Shown here: positions 34,992 through 44,892 of the stretch, piece after piece
Layout of the letters: every line of letters starts with the position of its first letter
Numbering within the stretch: the first letter of the stretch is position 1
Virus record (IMG/VR): IMGVR_UViG_3300034095_001474
Span: 128,001-192,000 of that record
Origin: a virus
Lineage: Duplodnaviria; Caudoviricetes
Reading direction: 5' to 3' (one strand)
DNA length: 64,000 nt
The notes under the pieces: generated by a model
What the model was told of the DNA's origin: nothing
Database searches by the model: none
Seen by the model: only the letters and a program-made list of their open reading frames with translations
Program-made: the position numbers and the translations under genes

Positions 34992-35210
34992 TTAAAATTT
35001 TGTAAATATCTTTTTTATATTAAATATAAATCGTTGAAACCAAGATTTTTTAATTAGTTTTGCTTTATTAGGATTCTTTTTTATTTGTTCACCTAAACCA
35101 GATTTAATCTCGTTTATAAGCTGTGCTTTTTTTAATGCAGTTTTATATTTGTCATTTAAAATAGCGTTTCCAGCTTGATTCATTTCTCTATCTAACATTT
35201 TATCGTTCAT
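34992..35210 (-). CDS. Hypothetical protein
   Basis: 72-aa ORF. Confidence 0.55.
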   Translation of the reverse strand: MNDKMLDREMNQAGNAILNDKYKTALKKAQLINEIKSGLGEQIKKNPNKAKLIKKSWFQRFIFNIKKIFTKF

Positions 35211-35252
35211 AACTTTTTCAGTAAATATAAGTATTATTTTTTACATTGTAAA

Positions 35253-35522
35253 TTATTTAACATAAGAAGATTCATTGTCATGGTCGCATTTATGACAAAT
35301 GAATAAATCAGATTTATTTGAGTCAGATGCCATCCAGTGCCAATCACATTTTTTGCAAGTTATTTCAAAATCTTTTTCATCGATAATCTCCCAATATTTA
35401 TCTTTTTTATTTTTTCTATAATAAACATTAGAACCACCGATATCTCTCATTTGATATTGGTACTCATCTTTTTTACTTTCATTAAGTAAAACGCTTAATC
35501 TATTTTTTATAAAAGTTTTCAT
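35253..35522 (-). CDS. Small zinc-ribbon protein with an N-terminal LNE motif
   Basis: MKTFIKNRLSVLLNES...CKKC...CHKC. Confidence 0.55.
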   Translation of the reverse strand: MKTFIKNRLSVLLNESKKDEYQYQMRDIGGSNVYYRKNKKDKYWEIIDEKDFEITCKKCDWHWMASDSNKSDLFICHKCDHDNESSYVK

Positions 35523-35588
35523 TATAAACTATTTTAATATAAATATTGACTATTTCAAGTATAATCATTATATTTGAAATAAAAAACT

Positions 35589-35933
35589 ATGATTACATTA
35601 ATTTTTATTCTTATTTGCTATGGAGCGTGTAACAACTTGATTTACGGTTCTGTATTTGAAGGTTGGAGAAATCTTCTAGCAAAAATGGGTACTGGAGGTT
35701 ACAGTATCCACAAATTATTCACATGCTTTATGTGTTTAGGTACTTGGATGGGTTTTGCAGTATCCGCAATCATGTTGCACTTTGGATACGGTAAATTAAC
35801 CCCTATGGGTAGTTTAGGTGTTGATAATCCTTACTTAATCGTTTTCTTAAACGGATTATTAGCAACAGCTGGTGTTTGGTTAATACACACAGCTCAAGAA
35901 GCTTTTGAAAGAGCTTTCAATAAAGAAAATTAA
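35589..35933 (+). CDS. Membrane protein (DUF1360-like)
   Basis: LFTCFMCLGTWMG motif and three hydrophobic segments; bidirectional terminator at about 35945-35975. Confidence 0.6.
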   Translation: MITLIFILICYGACNNLIYGSVFEGWRNLLAKMGTGGYSIHKLFTCFMCLGTWMGFAVSAIMLHFGYGKLTPMGSLGVDNPYLIVFLNGLLATAGVWLIHTAQEAFERAFNKEN

Positions 35934-35992
35934 TTACCACCAACAAAAAAAGCCCTATTTAATAGGGCTTTTTTATTGTTAATTAATTAGAA

Positions 35993-36682
35993 TTATCTAG
36001 GTGGTAATTCTACTTTGTTTGAAACATTTTTAAATTTATCAGTTTGTTTTTTACCTTTTAAATATTCAATATTTTTTCTAGCTCTTTCTTCTTCCTCGAT
36101 AATTTCAAGTTCCTCTTCAGATAATTCTATAGGGTTACCATTCTCATCTAAAAAAGTGTGTTGTTGTGTATCGATAGTTTCTTCAAATTCTTTTTCACCA
36201 GAGGTAGCATATTCATCTACGTTTTCTGGATATAGATTTGGCGTAATTTCTTCAACAACTTCTTCTTCATAAGTTTCATCGTAACTTTCATCAATATCAA
36301 AATCATCTAATTTTGGTACCAAATCTTCTTCTAAAAAACTAAATTTAAGTCTTTTTAATTTATCTAAGCTATTTTTTTTAAATACTTCTTTAAGTTCGTT
36401 GACTTTTTCTCGAAGTAAATCATGTTTTTTCTCACGTTCAACGTTGATATCAATAGTTTTCTTTACGTAAGCTAACAATTCATCTAACCCAACACCCTCA
36501 ACTTCGCTAAATAACATGAAATAATTCATTTCATCGTTACCTTTAACTTTTTTAACTTTTGGGTCTTCTGGAACTGTCCAGCCTTCTTTAAAAACAGCAT
36601 CTACCAATGGAGTACCTTCTAAATAACGTATTCCAATAACATATGGTTGTAAAGAATCTAGTGTTTTTTGTATATTTGACAT
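35993..36682 (-). CDS. Hypothetical acidic protein
   Basis: 229-aa ORF. Confidence 0.65.
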   Translation of the reverse strand: MSNIQKTLDSLQPYVIGIRYLEGTPLVDAVFKEGWTVPEDPKVKKVKGNDEMNYFMLFSEVEGVGLDELLAYVKKTIDINVEREKKHDLLREKVNELKEVFKKNSLDKLKRLKFSFLEEDLVPKLDDFDIDESYDETYEEEVVEEITPNLYPENVDEYATSGEKEFEETIDTQQHTFLDENGNPIELSEEELEIIEEEERARKNIEYLKGKKQTDKFKNVSNKVELPPR

Positions 36683-36692
36683 ATTAATTCTT

Positions 36693-36905
36693 TTAAATTG
36701 TTATACCAGTAAATATTACCGATAAAATATATGCAATAGATATACTCAACAAATATAATGATATGTCTGAAATTTTGTATTTTCTAGGTTCCTCTTCACT
36801 TGAAAGTAAAGCTGCTTGTAAAAAGTAGTATGAATGTCTAATTAGATTTAAACATGACATAAAGAATATGATTAAAAATATTTTATTGAGTATAACTATT
36901 AACAT
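36693..36905 (-). CDS. Small membrane protein
   Basis: Two hydrophobic segments. Confidence 0.5.
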   Translation of the reverse strand: MLIVILNKIFLIIFFMSCLNLIRHSYYFLQAALLSSEEEPRKYKISDISLYLLSISIAYILSVIFTGITI

Positions 36906-36919
36906 AATTTTATTTTTAA

Positions 36920-37105
36920 TTAAGCAGTCTTAACTGTCTTATTTTTTGCTGAAACGTCTTGTCTCAAAGTTTGTGATAAAGTTCTGATTTCTTGCAACCC
37001 TTTTCTAAGTCTTACACCAGCAGCTTTATTACCTTTTTCATAAAATTTACTTGCATCATCTTCGATAGAAGTGATTAACGTTTTTAATTCTTCAAATTTT
37101 TCCAT
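36920..37105 (-). CDS. Histone H1-like Hc1-family protein
   Basis: KFYEKGNKAAGVRLRKGLQEI...LR matches the Hc1 core motif (GNKAA..R.RK). Confidence 0.85.
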   Translation of the reverse strand: MEKFEELKTLITSIEDDASKFYEKGNKAAGVRLRKGLQEIRTLSQTLRQDVSAKNKTVKTA

Positions 37106-37106
37106 T

Positions 37107-37328
37107 TTAGTTTTCTTTTTGGATATTGTTATTGTTATTTATTAAGTTGCTAAATTTAGCAATACTGTTTTCAACTGTTGATGTTCTAGCTAAAATACTT
37201 TTGATTTTCATAATTTTAGTGTCAACATCTTCAGTTGAATTGATAGCGGTTTCTAATTCGGTTTCCAATTTCAATTTATCAATTGATAGTTCACCAATTA
37301 CAATGTTAAATAGTCTTTCTGTATTCAT
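37107..37328 (-). CDS. Hypothetical coiled-coil protein
   Basis: 73-aa ORF. Confidence 0.55.
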   Translation of the reverse strand: MNTERLFNIVIGELSIDKLKLETELETAINSTEDVDTKIMKIKSILARTSTVENSIAKFSNLINNNNNIQKEN

Positions 37329-37379
37329 GATATAAAACTAATGTATTATTTATAAAAATAAATAGTAAAACGTATTTTT

Positions 37380-37853
37380 TTATTGATTAATCAATGATTT
37401 CTCAAAAATTTTATATATTTCAACCAGTGTATCCATATCTGCTTGTGTTTTTGACTTGTCATAAGTAAAAACATCACTCCATATTTTTAACACACCTTCA
37501 TCAGTGAAATCATATGGTTTTTTACCATCATATGTATAAAACACTTCAAGCATAAACTCTAAGAAATAATCATATAGTTTATCGCTTTTAATTGATATCC
37601 CTTCTTCTTTGAAATTCTCAATCACTTTATCCCAACACCATTTAAAATGTTTTTTCTGGTCCTCAACACCCATTACATCATCACCCATATAAGTATCAAA
37701 TGCAAGCATCAACAGTGATTGAACAAAATCACTATATAGCTCACATTTTTCGTACTTTATATTATTGGAAGCATAAATTACAGCTATGCTTTCCTTACTT
37801 ATCGGGTTATGTATATATGCCAAGAAACTAAGTTTATCGTATTTATTATCCAT
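37380..37853 (-). CDS. Hypothetical protein
   Basis: 157-aa ORF. Confidence 0.6.
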   Translation of the reverse strand: MDNKYDKLSFLAYIHNPISKESIAVIYASNNIKYEKCELYSDFVQSLLMLAFDTYMGDDVMGVEDQKKHFKWCWDKVIENFKEEGISIKSDKLYDYFLEFMLEVFYTYDGKKPYDFTDEGVLKIWSDVFTYDKSKTQADMDTLVEIYKIFEKSLINQ

Positions 37854-37897
37854 TTTCTTTTTTATTGAATGTAATACATATTCATTAAAAATAAAGG

Positions 37898-38494
37898 TTA
37901 TTTGATGTCGTTTGACTCTATTAGTGTGTAAGTGAATGAATTACCATGAATTTTTGCTGATTTTTTTACAATCTTCATAAATTCATCAAAATCTTTAACT
38001 CTTTTGAATACTTGACATCCTTCACTCCAGTTCTCAACCCATGTAGAATCTTGTCCAGCTTTGTGAATATTGATACCAAAGATACCTTCATCAATCTTTG
38101 TTTCGTCAAAGGTTAAATCTTTGTTTTTATCACGATAAACTTTTACTGATTTTGCTTGTCTTAAAGCCTCGTACTTGCCTTGGTGAAGACCTAACGCATG
38201 TGAACCTCTATATTGTCCTTCAACGAGCCTAGCAACGCCATTTACATTATGATATTGCATAACACCTTTTTTCCCTGGTTCGGTTGTGTTCATCCATTCT
38301 TTATAAACCCAATTACCAGTTTCATCTTTATACGATACTGTAATCATATCATCAAATAAGTTTGTTACTTTGTTTCCAGTTGCTGAGTTTCTAACACCTA
38401 CGATATTAACGTCATAAGTCTTATTTGCTGCGTCTTCGAAATAGACGTAACCCTTTGCAGTTAATGCTGCTTGAATTTGTTCTCTTGTATACAT
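37898..38494 (-). CDS. Putative peptidoglycan hydrolase, YkuD/L,D-peptidase-like
   Basis: GINIHKA...WSEGCQV (H...SxGC motif); located next to the holin-like and GH19 genes. Confidence 0.6.
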   Translation of the reverse strand: MYTREQIQAALTAKGYVYFEDAANKTYDVNIVGVRNSATGNKVTNLFDDMITVSYKDETGNWVYKEWMNTTEPGKKGVMQYHNVNGVARLVEGQYRGSHALGLHQGKYEALRQAKSVKVYRDKNKDLTFDETKIDEGIFGINIHKAGQDSTWVENWSEGCQVFKRVKDFDEFMKIVKKSAKIHGNSFTYTLIESNDIK

Positions 38495-38504
38495 AAAATT
38501 GTTT

Positions 38505-38720
38505 TTATTCTTCTTTATTATCTTTTTTGGTTGTATCGAACCAATAATCAATTATTTTACCGTATGACCCTATAAAAGCACCCAACAATAATAATAACAA
38601 TTCTTTCCATTCACCAGCTACTTCTGTATTGGTATGGATTGAAAGCAAAATACCCAATGTGATTACACAAAAGGTAATTATAACTATTATTGTTAATAAA
38701 AATCTTCTAAAATTTGTCAT
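38505..38720 (-). CDS. Holin-like two-TM protein
   Basis: Two TM segments, IIDYWFDT, placed between lysin genes. Confidence 0.55.
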   Translation of the reverse strand: MTNFRRFLLTIIVIITFCVITLGILLSIHTNTEVAGEWKELLLLLLGAFIGSYGKIIDYWFDTTKKDNKEE

Positions 38721-38722
38721 GT

Positions 38723-39337
38723 TTATTTTGTTAACCATGAGTAATACCTTTTGGTTAACGAACTTCTATCATCAAGACCATTTGTACCTCCATTAATTGC
38801 TTTTGTCATAAGTAATATAGTATTATCATTAATACCTTTATCAGCAATTTTCCATAAATTATTTTTTTCAAAATAAAATAACGCTGATTCAAATGAATAA
38901 TCAGTTGCGACCAAATCTGGGTTAGTTAATATCTCTGGTTTACCTAAATGCTCTGAGAAAGACTTATAGTTTCCCTTTCCAGTGGTTTGCAAAGCACCTC
39001 TACCACGAAATTTCCAACCTTCTTGTGATGCTTCATTACCATTATCCATTCTATTAGCATAAACTCTAGAAGCAATCTTGATTGGTTGTCTAGCGTAAGC
39101 TTCAGCTGTTGTAGTGTTGAAGTACTTTCCGAATGTACCTAACAATCCTTTGGCACCGTAATTTAAGTTTTCACTAAACGCTACGTAACCACCAGTCTCG
39201 TGGGCTGTTTGACCAAAGAAGTGTGCTGCTCTTTCTGGTGTCATTTTAAAATAAACCATTGCTGCTTTAAGTGTTGCTGGTCCAAAAGAACCATCATTTT
39301 TAACCCCAATCTTTTCTTGTAATTTTATTAAACTCAT
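38723..39337 (-). CDS. GH19-family endolysin
   Basis: AHFFGQTAHETGG, SENLNY, FRGRGALQTTGKGNY, INGGTNGLDDR. Confidence 0.9.
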   Translation of the reverse strand: MSLIKLQEKIGVKNDGSFGPATLKAAMVYFKMTPERAAHFFGQTAHETGGYVAFSENLNYGAKGLLGTFGKYFNTTTAEAYARQPIKIASRVYANRMDNGNEASQEGWKFRGRGALQTTGKGNYKSFSEHLGKPEILTNPDLVATDYSFESALFYFEKNNLWKIADKGINDNTILLMTKAINGGTNGLDDRSSLTKRYYSWLTK

Positions 39338-39435
39338 AATTTATTGTTTAAAAATGTTATCTGTTTATAAATATCATATAATAAAAAAAGGTACCCTTTA
39401 TGAGTACCTTTTTTTATATTATATTTTATTTAAAA

Positions 39436-41034
39436 TTACATTTCTGTATTTTCATCTTCTTCTTGTTCTTCCTCTTCTTCTTCAGATTCAGTAACATAAT
39501 CGTCCATTTCTTCAGAAAGTGGTGCGAAAAAGTTTTCACCAATTTTAACACCTTCATCTACACTACCTTTAAACATGTGAATATCTTTTTTTGCATCAGC
39601 AGCGTGAGGAACTGTAATTTTATCCCAATTTTTTTCACCAACTTTTACACTTTCGATTTCTTCAGTTTCAGTTATATCAATGTTTAATTTTTTTGGTGGT
39701 TTTGGCATTTGGTTTTTATCTTTTTTACCCATACTGTAATCAATTCTAGTATCTTCTTCATCATCATCGTCTTCTTCTTCATCATCTTTTGCTTCAGATT
39801 CTTTAAGAGTTACATGTTTAGTTGCGTCAGCAGATTTTTTCTTAACATCTTCCCAGTTACCATTTTTAGGTGCTGGTGCTTTTGTACCTTTTTCAGTTGA
39901 TACAGAACCTTCAACGTGTTTTTTAGCTTCTGGTGCATGTGATACAGCATCATCTAAATCACCTTCTTTAGCAGCTGGTGCTTGAGTTCCTTTATCTTTA
40001 GATACAGAACCTTCAACATGTTTAGTTGCTTCTGGAGCTTTTTTCTTGATATCTTCTAAGTTACCAGTTTTAACTTTTACACTTTCGATATCAGCACCTT
40101 CCATCAAATCTTTAGTTTTAGCCCAAATATCTGTAAATGCAGCATTTTCATCTAATCTAGCTTTACCTTTTACAAGACCAAGAGTTTCGTTTGATTTGTA
40201 ACCCATAAGATGTTTCATGTGAGCCATATCTTCGTTAACCATAGTTTTGTCAGATGCCATAAGAACAATAGCTCTACCTTCAGTCAAAGTACCTTCCCAA
40301 CGGATTTTATAGTTTTCAACACCATCAGTCATTTCGAATGTTTTATTATCTACTCTGTATGATTCTGGTATCATTTTAAGTGCGTTTCCAACACCGTTAA
40401 ATTCTTTTTTAAAGTTAAGTCTTTTCATTCCTTCTTTTATTTGTGGTTTATTATTATTTTTGTTATTATTTTCACCTAATGCTGAGAAAATTTGCATTGG
40501 TTGTGCTCCTTTAGGTATTGTTTCAATATCATCACCAAAACTCATAATACCAGTTGAAGCAGCTACTCTTTTATCAAATGATGCTCTAGCGTTTTTAACT
40601 AAATTTTTACCAAAATCTGGTCCAGTAAAACCTATTTGTTCTGGTACTACATTAGCCCATTCTGGATTGTTACCCATTCTAGTTGAACCTTCAATTGCTT
40701 CTAAAGCTCTTTCTTGAAATTCAGTAATTGGGTCTCTATCATATTGAATCATTTCTTGACCGTTCATGATTTCCATTTGTTCATGGAATTCTTTTTCTTT
40801 TTCATCACTATAATTGAATTTGTTCTTAACAATTTCAGTGTTGTCTATATTTGTGTTCAAAGATTTTTCATAACTAGCTAAATCTTTATTCATATCGTTA
40901 ACACCTTTTTTGTTCTCTTCACCAGATTTTTTAATAACAGCTTTAGTCCCATCTATTCCAGGTGTTTTTGATGTTTCATTTTTGGCTTCGTTAACAAATT
41001 GTGTTAAGTGTTTTTTAATTATGTTTTTGTCCAT
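39436..41034 (-). CDS. Acidic low-complexity protein, probable prohead core/scaffold
   Basis: Many (I/L/V)xE motifs; internal repeats APEAxKHVEGSVSxxKGTxAPA. Confidence 0.55.
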   Translation of the reverse strand: MDKNIIKKHLTQFVNEAKNETSKTPGIDGTKAVIKKSGEENKKGVNDMNKDLASYEKSLNTNIDNTEIVKNKFNYSDEKEKEFHEQMEIMNGQEMIQYDRDPITEFQERALEAIEGSTRMGNNPEWANVVPEQIGFTGPDFGKNLVKNARASFDKRVAASTGIMSFGDDIETIPKGAQPMQIFSALGENNNKNNNKPQIKEGMKRLNFKKEFNGVGNALKMIPESYRVDNKTFEMTDGVENYKIRWEGTLTEGRAIVLMASDKTMVNEDMAHMKHLMGYKSNETLGLVKGKARLDENAAFTDIWAKTKDLMEGADIESVKVKTGNLEDIKKKAPEATKHVEGSVSKDKGTQAPAAKEGDLDDAVSHAPEAKKHVEGSVSTEKGTKAPAPKNGNWEDVKKKSADATKHVTLKESEAKDDEEEDDDDEEDTRIDYSMGKKDKNQMPKPPKKLNIDITETEEIESVKVGEKNWDKITVPHAADAKKDIHMFKGSVDEGVKIGENFFAPLSEEMDDYVTESEEEEEEQEEDENTEM

Positions 41035-41080
41035 CTTTAATTGATTTTATTATAAATATCTTAGTTTTTAGTAAAGTTTA

Positions 41081-42718
41081 CTACTTATTATTTTTTGATT
41101 CAATTATTCTTTTAACTGCATCCATTGATAAACCAGTCTTTTTAGCAATTGTTTTGTAAATTTTGTTTTCATCTAAAGAAGGTGCACTTACATTTCCTTT
41201 TGTTTTCTCAACACTAACTACACCATCAATAGCACCAGAACTACAACCAGAACCAGCTGGTTTATTGTTTAAATCAACACAGTCGTTAAATTTAACGAAT
41301 CCACCATTGTTTAATTGTGTTTCTTTGAAAGCATTTGGTTTTTTAGCTAATCCCTCAAAAACTACTGGTACATTTGTAACTATCGGCATTTCTTTTTTAA
41401 TTGGTTTAGCACTTAATTTAGTAGTATAATCAAATCCACGTCCACCAGTATTCGTAGCACCACCACCAAGTGACATTTCATCAATACCCTTATCGAACAA
41501 TCTGTATTGTCCAACTGGTTCTTTAACTGGTTCTTTTATTGGAACTATTTTTGATTTTAATCTATCTATTGTTGATTGGTCTGTTGATTGGTCTGCTTTT
41601 TGAGTTGCGACATCATTTGCCAAATCACGTGCATCAAATCTAGCAGTATCTTGGTCACGTGAGGTTTTTTGTGTGTCGTATAAAGCTTTAGCAGTTGTTT
41701 GTGATAAACCTTGACCCATTTTTCTTTGAATGAATGCTTCTTCATCTTCACCATGCATTTCATTCAATGGTTCTTCATTAAACTTCATTTTTCGTAAAAA
41801 TGCAAGAAAATCTATATTTTCTTCTTGATTAGGGTCATATTTAATACTTAAAACCCAATTTTTTAAATCTTCATCAAATTTATTGATGTTCATTCCATCA
41901 TGCCAACCTTTGATACCTTCACCTACACTTAATTCACCTATATTTTTATTAACATAATTTTTAATAGCTTCGTTTGTTCTTTCGTAATCACCATATTCAT
42001 AGTCAATATCATTATCAGTTTCATCACCAACTGGTTCTTGTTGTAATTCACCACCAGTTATTTCTTTATTAAAAATATCATCTATGAACGGATGATAATA
42101 AAAAGAATAGTATTCACCATCAGAACCTTCTAAAATAGCAATTTCTTCATTAAATACAACAACAGCAAAACTTAATTGTTGTTGTCCTTCTTCTTCATCT
42201 AATTCACCAGTAACTTCACTATCTTGTTCACCACCACTAATCATTTGTGATAATTCATTTTCGATTGTTTGTTTAGCTTCTTCAGCTGAACCTAAATCTC
42301 TAGATATACTATATTTACCATCTTTTTTAATGATAAGTCCTTTTGATTCCAATTCACCATAAATTTCATCATAACTTAAACCATTTTCAGACCAAAATTC
42401 TGAATAACTATAAAGATTTTTTATTAGCTCTAATGTTTCTTGTTTTAAATCACCATTACTAGTAGATTCATGAATTGGAGGTTTAGGTACTAGTGTTTTA
42501 CCGAATTTACTTAGTTTAGACGTAGGCACCCCTTTAACTGTTACATTTTTTTTAATATTAAAATCAGTAGAGACCTCACCCAAATTTTTAATTTCTTTAC
42601 CAGCAAATCCTTTTTTAAAAGTATTATCTACTATATTTTTTTTAAGTTTTGGAAAACCTTCCTTTAAAAGATTTGTAATTTTGTCAAATTGTTCTTTGGT
42701 GATTTTTATTTTTTTCAT
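41081..42718 (-). CDS. Acidic protein, probable head-internal/core protein
   Basis: Many (I/L)xE motifs; ends in tandem TAG TAA. Confidence 0.55.
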   Translation of the reverse strand: MKKIKITKEQFDKITNLLKEGFPKLKKNIVDNTFKKGFAGKEIKNLGEVSTDFNIKKNVTVKGVPTSKLSKFGKTLVPKPPIHESTSNGDLKQETLELIKNLYSYSEFWSENGLSYDEIYGELESKGLIIKKDGKYSISRDLGSAEEAKQTIENELSQMISGGEQDSEVTGELDEEEGQQQLSFAVVVFNEEIAILEGSDGEYYSFYYHPFIDDIFNKEITGGELQQEPVGDETDNDIDYEYGDYERTNEAIKNYVNKNIGELSVGEGIKGWHDGMNINKFDEDLKNWVLSIKYDPNQEENIDFLAFLRKMKFNEEPLNEMHGEDEEAFIQRKMGQGLSQTTAKALYDTQKTSRDQDTARFDARDLANDVATQKADQSTDQSTIDRLKSKIVPIKEPVKEPVGQYRLFDKGIDEMSLGGGATNTGGRGFDYTTKLSAKPIKKEMPIVTNVPVVFEGLAKKPNAFKETQLNNGGFVKFNDCVDLNNKPAGSGCSSGAIDGVVSVEKTKGNVSAPSLDENKIYKTIAKKTGLSMDAVKRIIESKNNK

Positions 42719-42724
42719 AGTATG

Positions 42725-42967
42725 TTAGTTATTTTTATTAGTGATATTATTTACCCAAGTTGCTCTCTTAACCCAAAGAGTTTTATATAATTGTGTCAAC
42801 ACGTTTTTAGTTATATCAACAATTTTATCTTCCAACTCTTTTTCGTTTTTTATTCTATCTTTAACAATCTTCTCAATTTTGTTTTTAAACTCACGACTGT
42901 CCATATAGACACTGATTTGTTTATTGACTTCAGTTTTAGTTAAATCCTCGTTTATTTTCTTTTTCAT
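42725..42967 (-). CDS. Hypothetical protein
   Basis: MKKKINED start; 80 aa. Confidence 0.6.
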   Translation of the reverse strand: MKKKINEDLTKTEVNKQISVYMDSREFKNKIEKIVKDRIKNEKELEDKIVDITKNVLTQLYKTLWVKRATWVNNITNKNN

Positions 42968-43052
42968 TTGGGTAACTTGTTTTATATTAATAAATATAAT
43001 AATTTAACAAAAAAAGCCCTAACTAGGGCTTTTATTTATTATTTATTAAATT

Positions 43053-43751
43053 TTATTTTATTTTGTAATTACCAACTTCTAACTTTAAAGTGCAATTCAT
43101 AAAATCACCACTATTATAGCTTAAATCTTCAACGTTTATTTCTTTTATTAAACAATCAGAATACATCCATGTTTGATAAGGTACAGCTGCTGAATCTAAA
43201 ATTTCAACTGAAAAATTAAATGCTTTACCTTCGCTTGAAAAAACATGCAACGTTTTAAGTACGTTGCTGAACATTTGAATTTTAAAATTTATTTCAATAT
43301 CTTCAAATATATATTTTTTTATTGGTGATTTAAGTCCCAAAATTTTAACGTTGTCATATTTTGATTTAGGTCCACTAATTTTATTTATTAAAAAAGCTGG
43401 TATTCCCATATCTTTTGGTAAATTAATTAAAAATCTATTTTTCCTACCATATTCAACATTTACTGGTACTAGATTTTTTAATTGTTCTTCTTTAAGGTTA
43501 ATGCCTCCTCCCAATACGTTTTTACCTTGATTCAACGGATTTTTCTTTCCAGTTAATTGTTCATAATAAGGATTAGCTTCACCAGTAAATGGGTCATATA
43601 GAGGAATTTCCCTTTTCTTTTCTTCAATATAAACTTTTGGCAACGGTTTAGCAGCTGGTGCTGATTTTCTAACTCTAGGTTTGTAATTTTTCTTTTTTGG
43701 TGTTACCTCTGGTTTTGGTGGTGTTGGAGGTGTTGGAACATTTTGTGTCAT
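43053..43751 (-). CDS. Tail-tube (gp19)-like domain with a Pro/Lys-rich N-terminal extension
   Basis: RKNRFLINLP...F..IEINF...VEILD...QTWMYSDCLI...LSY....CTLKL resembles jumbo-phage tube proteins. Confidence 0.5.
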   Translation of the reverse strand: MTQNVPTPPTPPKPEVTPKKKNYKPRVRKSAPAAKPLPKVYIEEKKREIPLYDPFTGEANPYYEQLTGKKNPLNQGKNVLGGGINLKEEQLKNLVPVNVEYGRKNRFLINLPKDMGIPAFLINKISGPKSKYDNVKILGLKSPIKKYIFEDIEINFKIQMFSNVLKTLHVFSSEGKAFNFSVEILDSAAVPYQTWMYSDCLIKEINVEDLSYNSGDFMNCTLKLEVGNYKIK

Positions 43752-43757
43752 AAAACT

Positions 43758-44321
43758 TTATTTTTTTATTTTAATGTTATTTAAGATACTTACAGTGTCT
43801 TTCATACAATCACTATATACTTTAGCTGTATAATAAGGTTTAAATTTTAATAAACCCCAGAAGTATTTGTGCTCGTAATCTTTATATAAGAATGTTGTTA
43901 ATTTATCGTTGAACTCTTTATTTGTAAATGCTATTGAGTCTTTTTTTATGTAACCAGATAAATTATAACATTTTTCTTTAAGTGAAAAATAACTCTTTTC
44001 AGATACACTATCTTTTCTTAGTATACTACTTGTAATAACTGAATCTCTAAAATTGTATCTAGTTTCAATTATGTTGGTGATAAATTTTGTTTTAATATTT
44101 AATTCATTAGCCAAACTATCATATTTTGGATATAGTTTCTCCAATTCTTTTGCTGTTAACTCTTGTTGTCTTGATTTATCAGTCATCACAGCAACATAGT
44201 TGTCATTGAATCTTTTTCTTTCACTTTTCTCATTTTGGTATAGTTTAAATACTAAACCCAATGATGTGAATAACAATAATACAACAATAAACAATCCTAT
44301 TATAATTTTATTTCTTATCAT
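43758..44321 (-). CDS. Membrane-anchored protein (spanin-like possible)
   Basis: Single N-terminal TM followed by a coiled coil. Confidence 0.45.
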   Translation of the reverse strand: MIRNKIIIGLFIVVLLLFTSLGLVFKLYQNEKSERKRFNDNYVAVMTDKSRQQELTAKELEKLYPKYDSLANELNIKTKFITNIIETRYNFRDSVITSSILRKDSVSEKSYFSLKEKCYNLSGYIKKDSIAFTNKEFNDKLTTFLYKDYEHKYFWGLLKFKPYYTAKVYSDCMKDTVSILNNIKIKK

Positions 44322-44323
44322 AA

Positions 44324-44887
44324 TTAAATTCCTTTTTTATCATCTAAATTATCATCATACAAATATTGTTTAGTATCTTTCATATTTGAATTTAAGTTAT
44401 CTCTAAACCCTTGTAATTTTTTTGATTCATTATCATTTGCTGTAGATGTACCATTTAATTTAACGTCAGTTACGTTTAATGACATAGTAAAAGTTAAACC
44501 ATTTTGTAAACCAGTGATTACCAAGTCTTTTTCTTTACCATTTTCACCAGATGAAATATATATACTAGTTACAGTTGAATTAGTCACATTCATTAATTCA
44601 TCAGATAAATCTTTATATCTTTGGTCATCTTTATCCAATTCGATATAAGTATCATCAATAACAAAACCTTCCAATGGTTCGGCTGAATTATTTTCTGGTG
44701 ATTCAGCCATTTCTGGTTCTTCCTCTGGTAAATCATCACCAGGTACCATAGCATTTTGCGGTTCAGCCACTGGTGCTGCCATTGGTGCTGGAACTTCATC
44801 AGCTTCTTTGATTAATGGTTTTTGACTATTTCTAATGATATCCATCATTCTTTTAGTCATGTCGTGTTCATTGATGTTTTCTTTCAT
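44324..44887 (-). CDS. Hypothetical acidic protein
   Basis: 187 aa with INE/IKE motifs. Confidence 0.6.
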   Translation of the reverse strand: MKENINEHDMTKRMMDIIRNSQKPLIKEADEVPAPMAAPVAEPQNAMVPGDDLPEEEPEMAESPENNSAEPLEGFVIDDTYIELDKDDQRYKDLSDELMNVTNSTVTSIYISSGENGKEKDLVITGLQNGLTFTMSLNVTDVKLNGTSTANDNESKKLQGFRDNLNSNMKDTKQYLYDDNLDDKKGI

Positions 44888-44892
44888 ATTCT

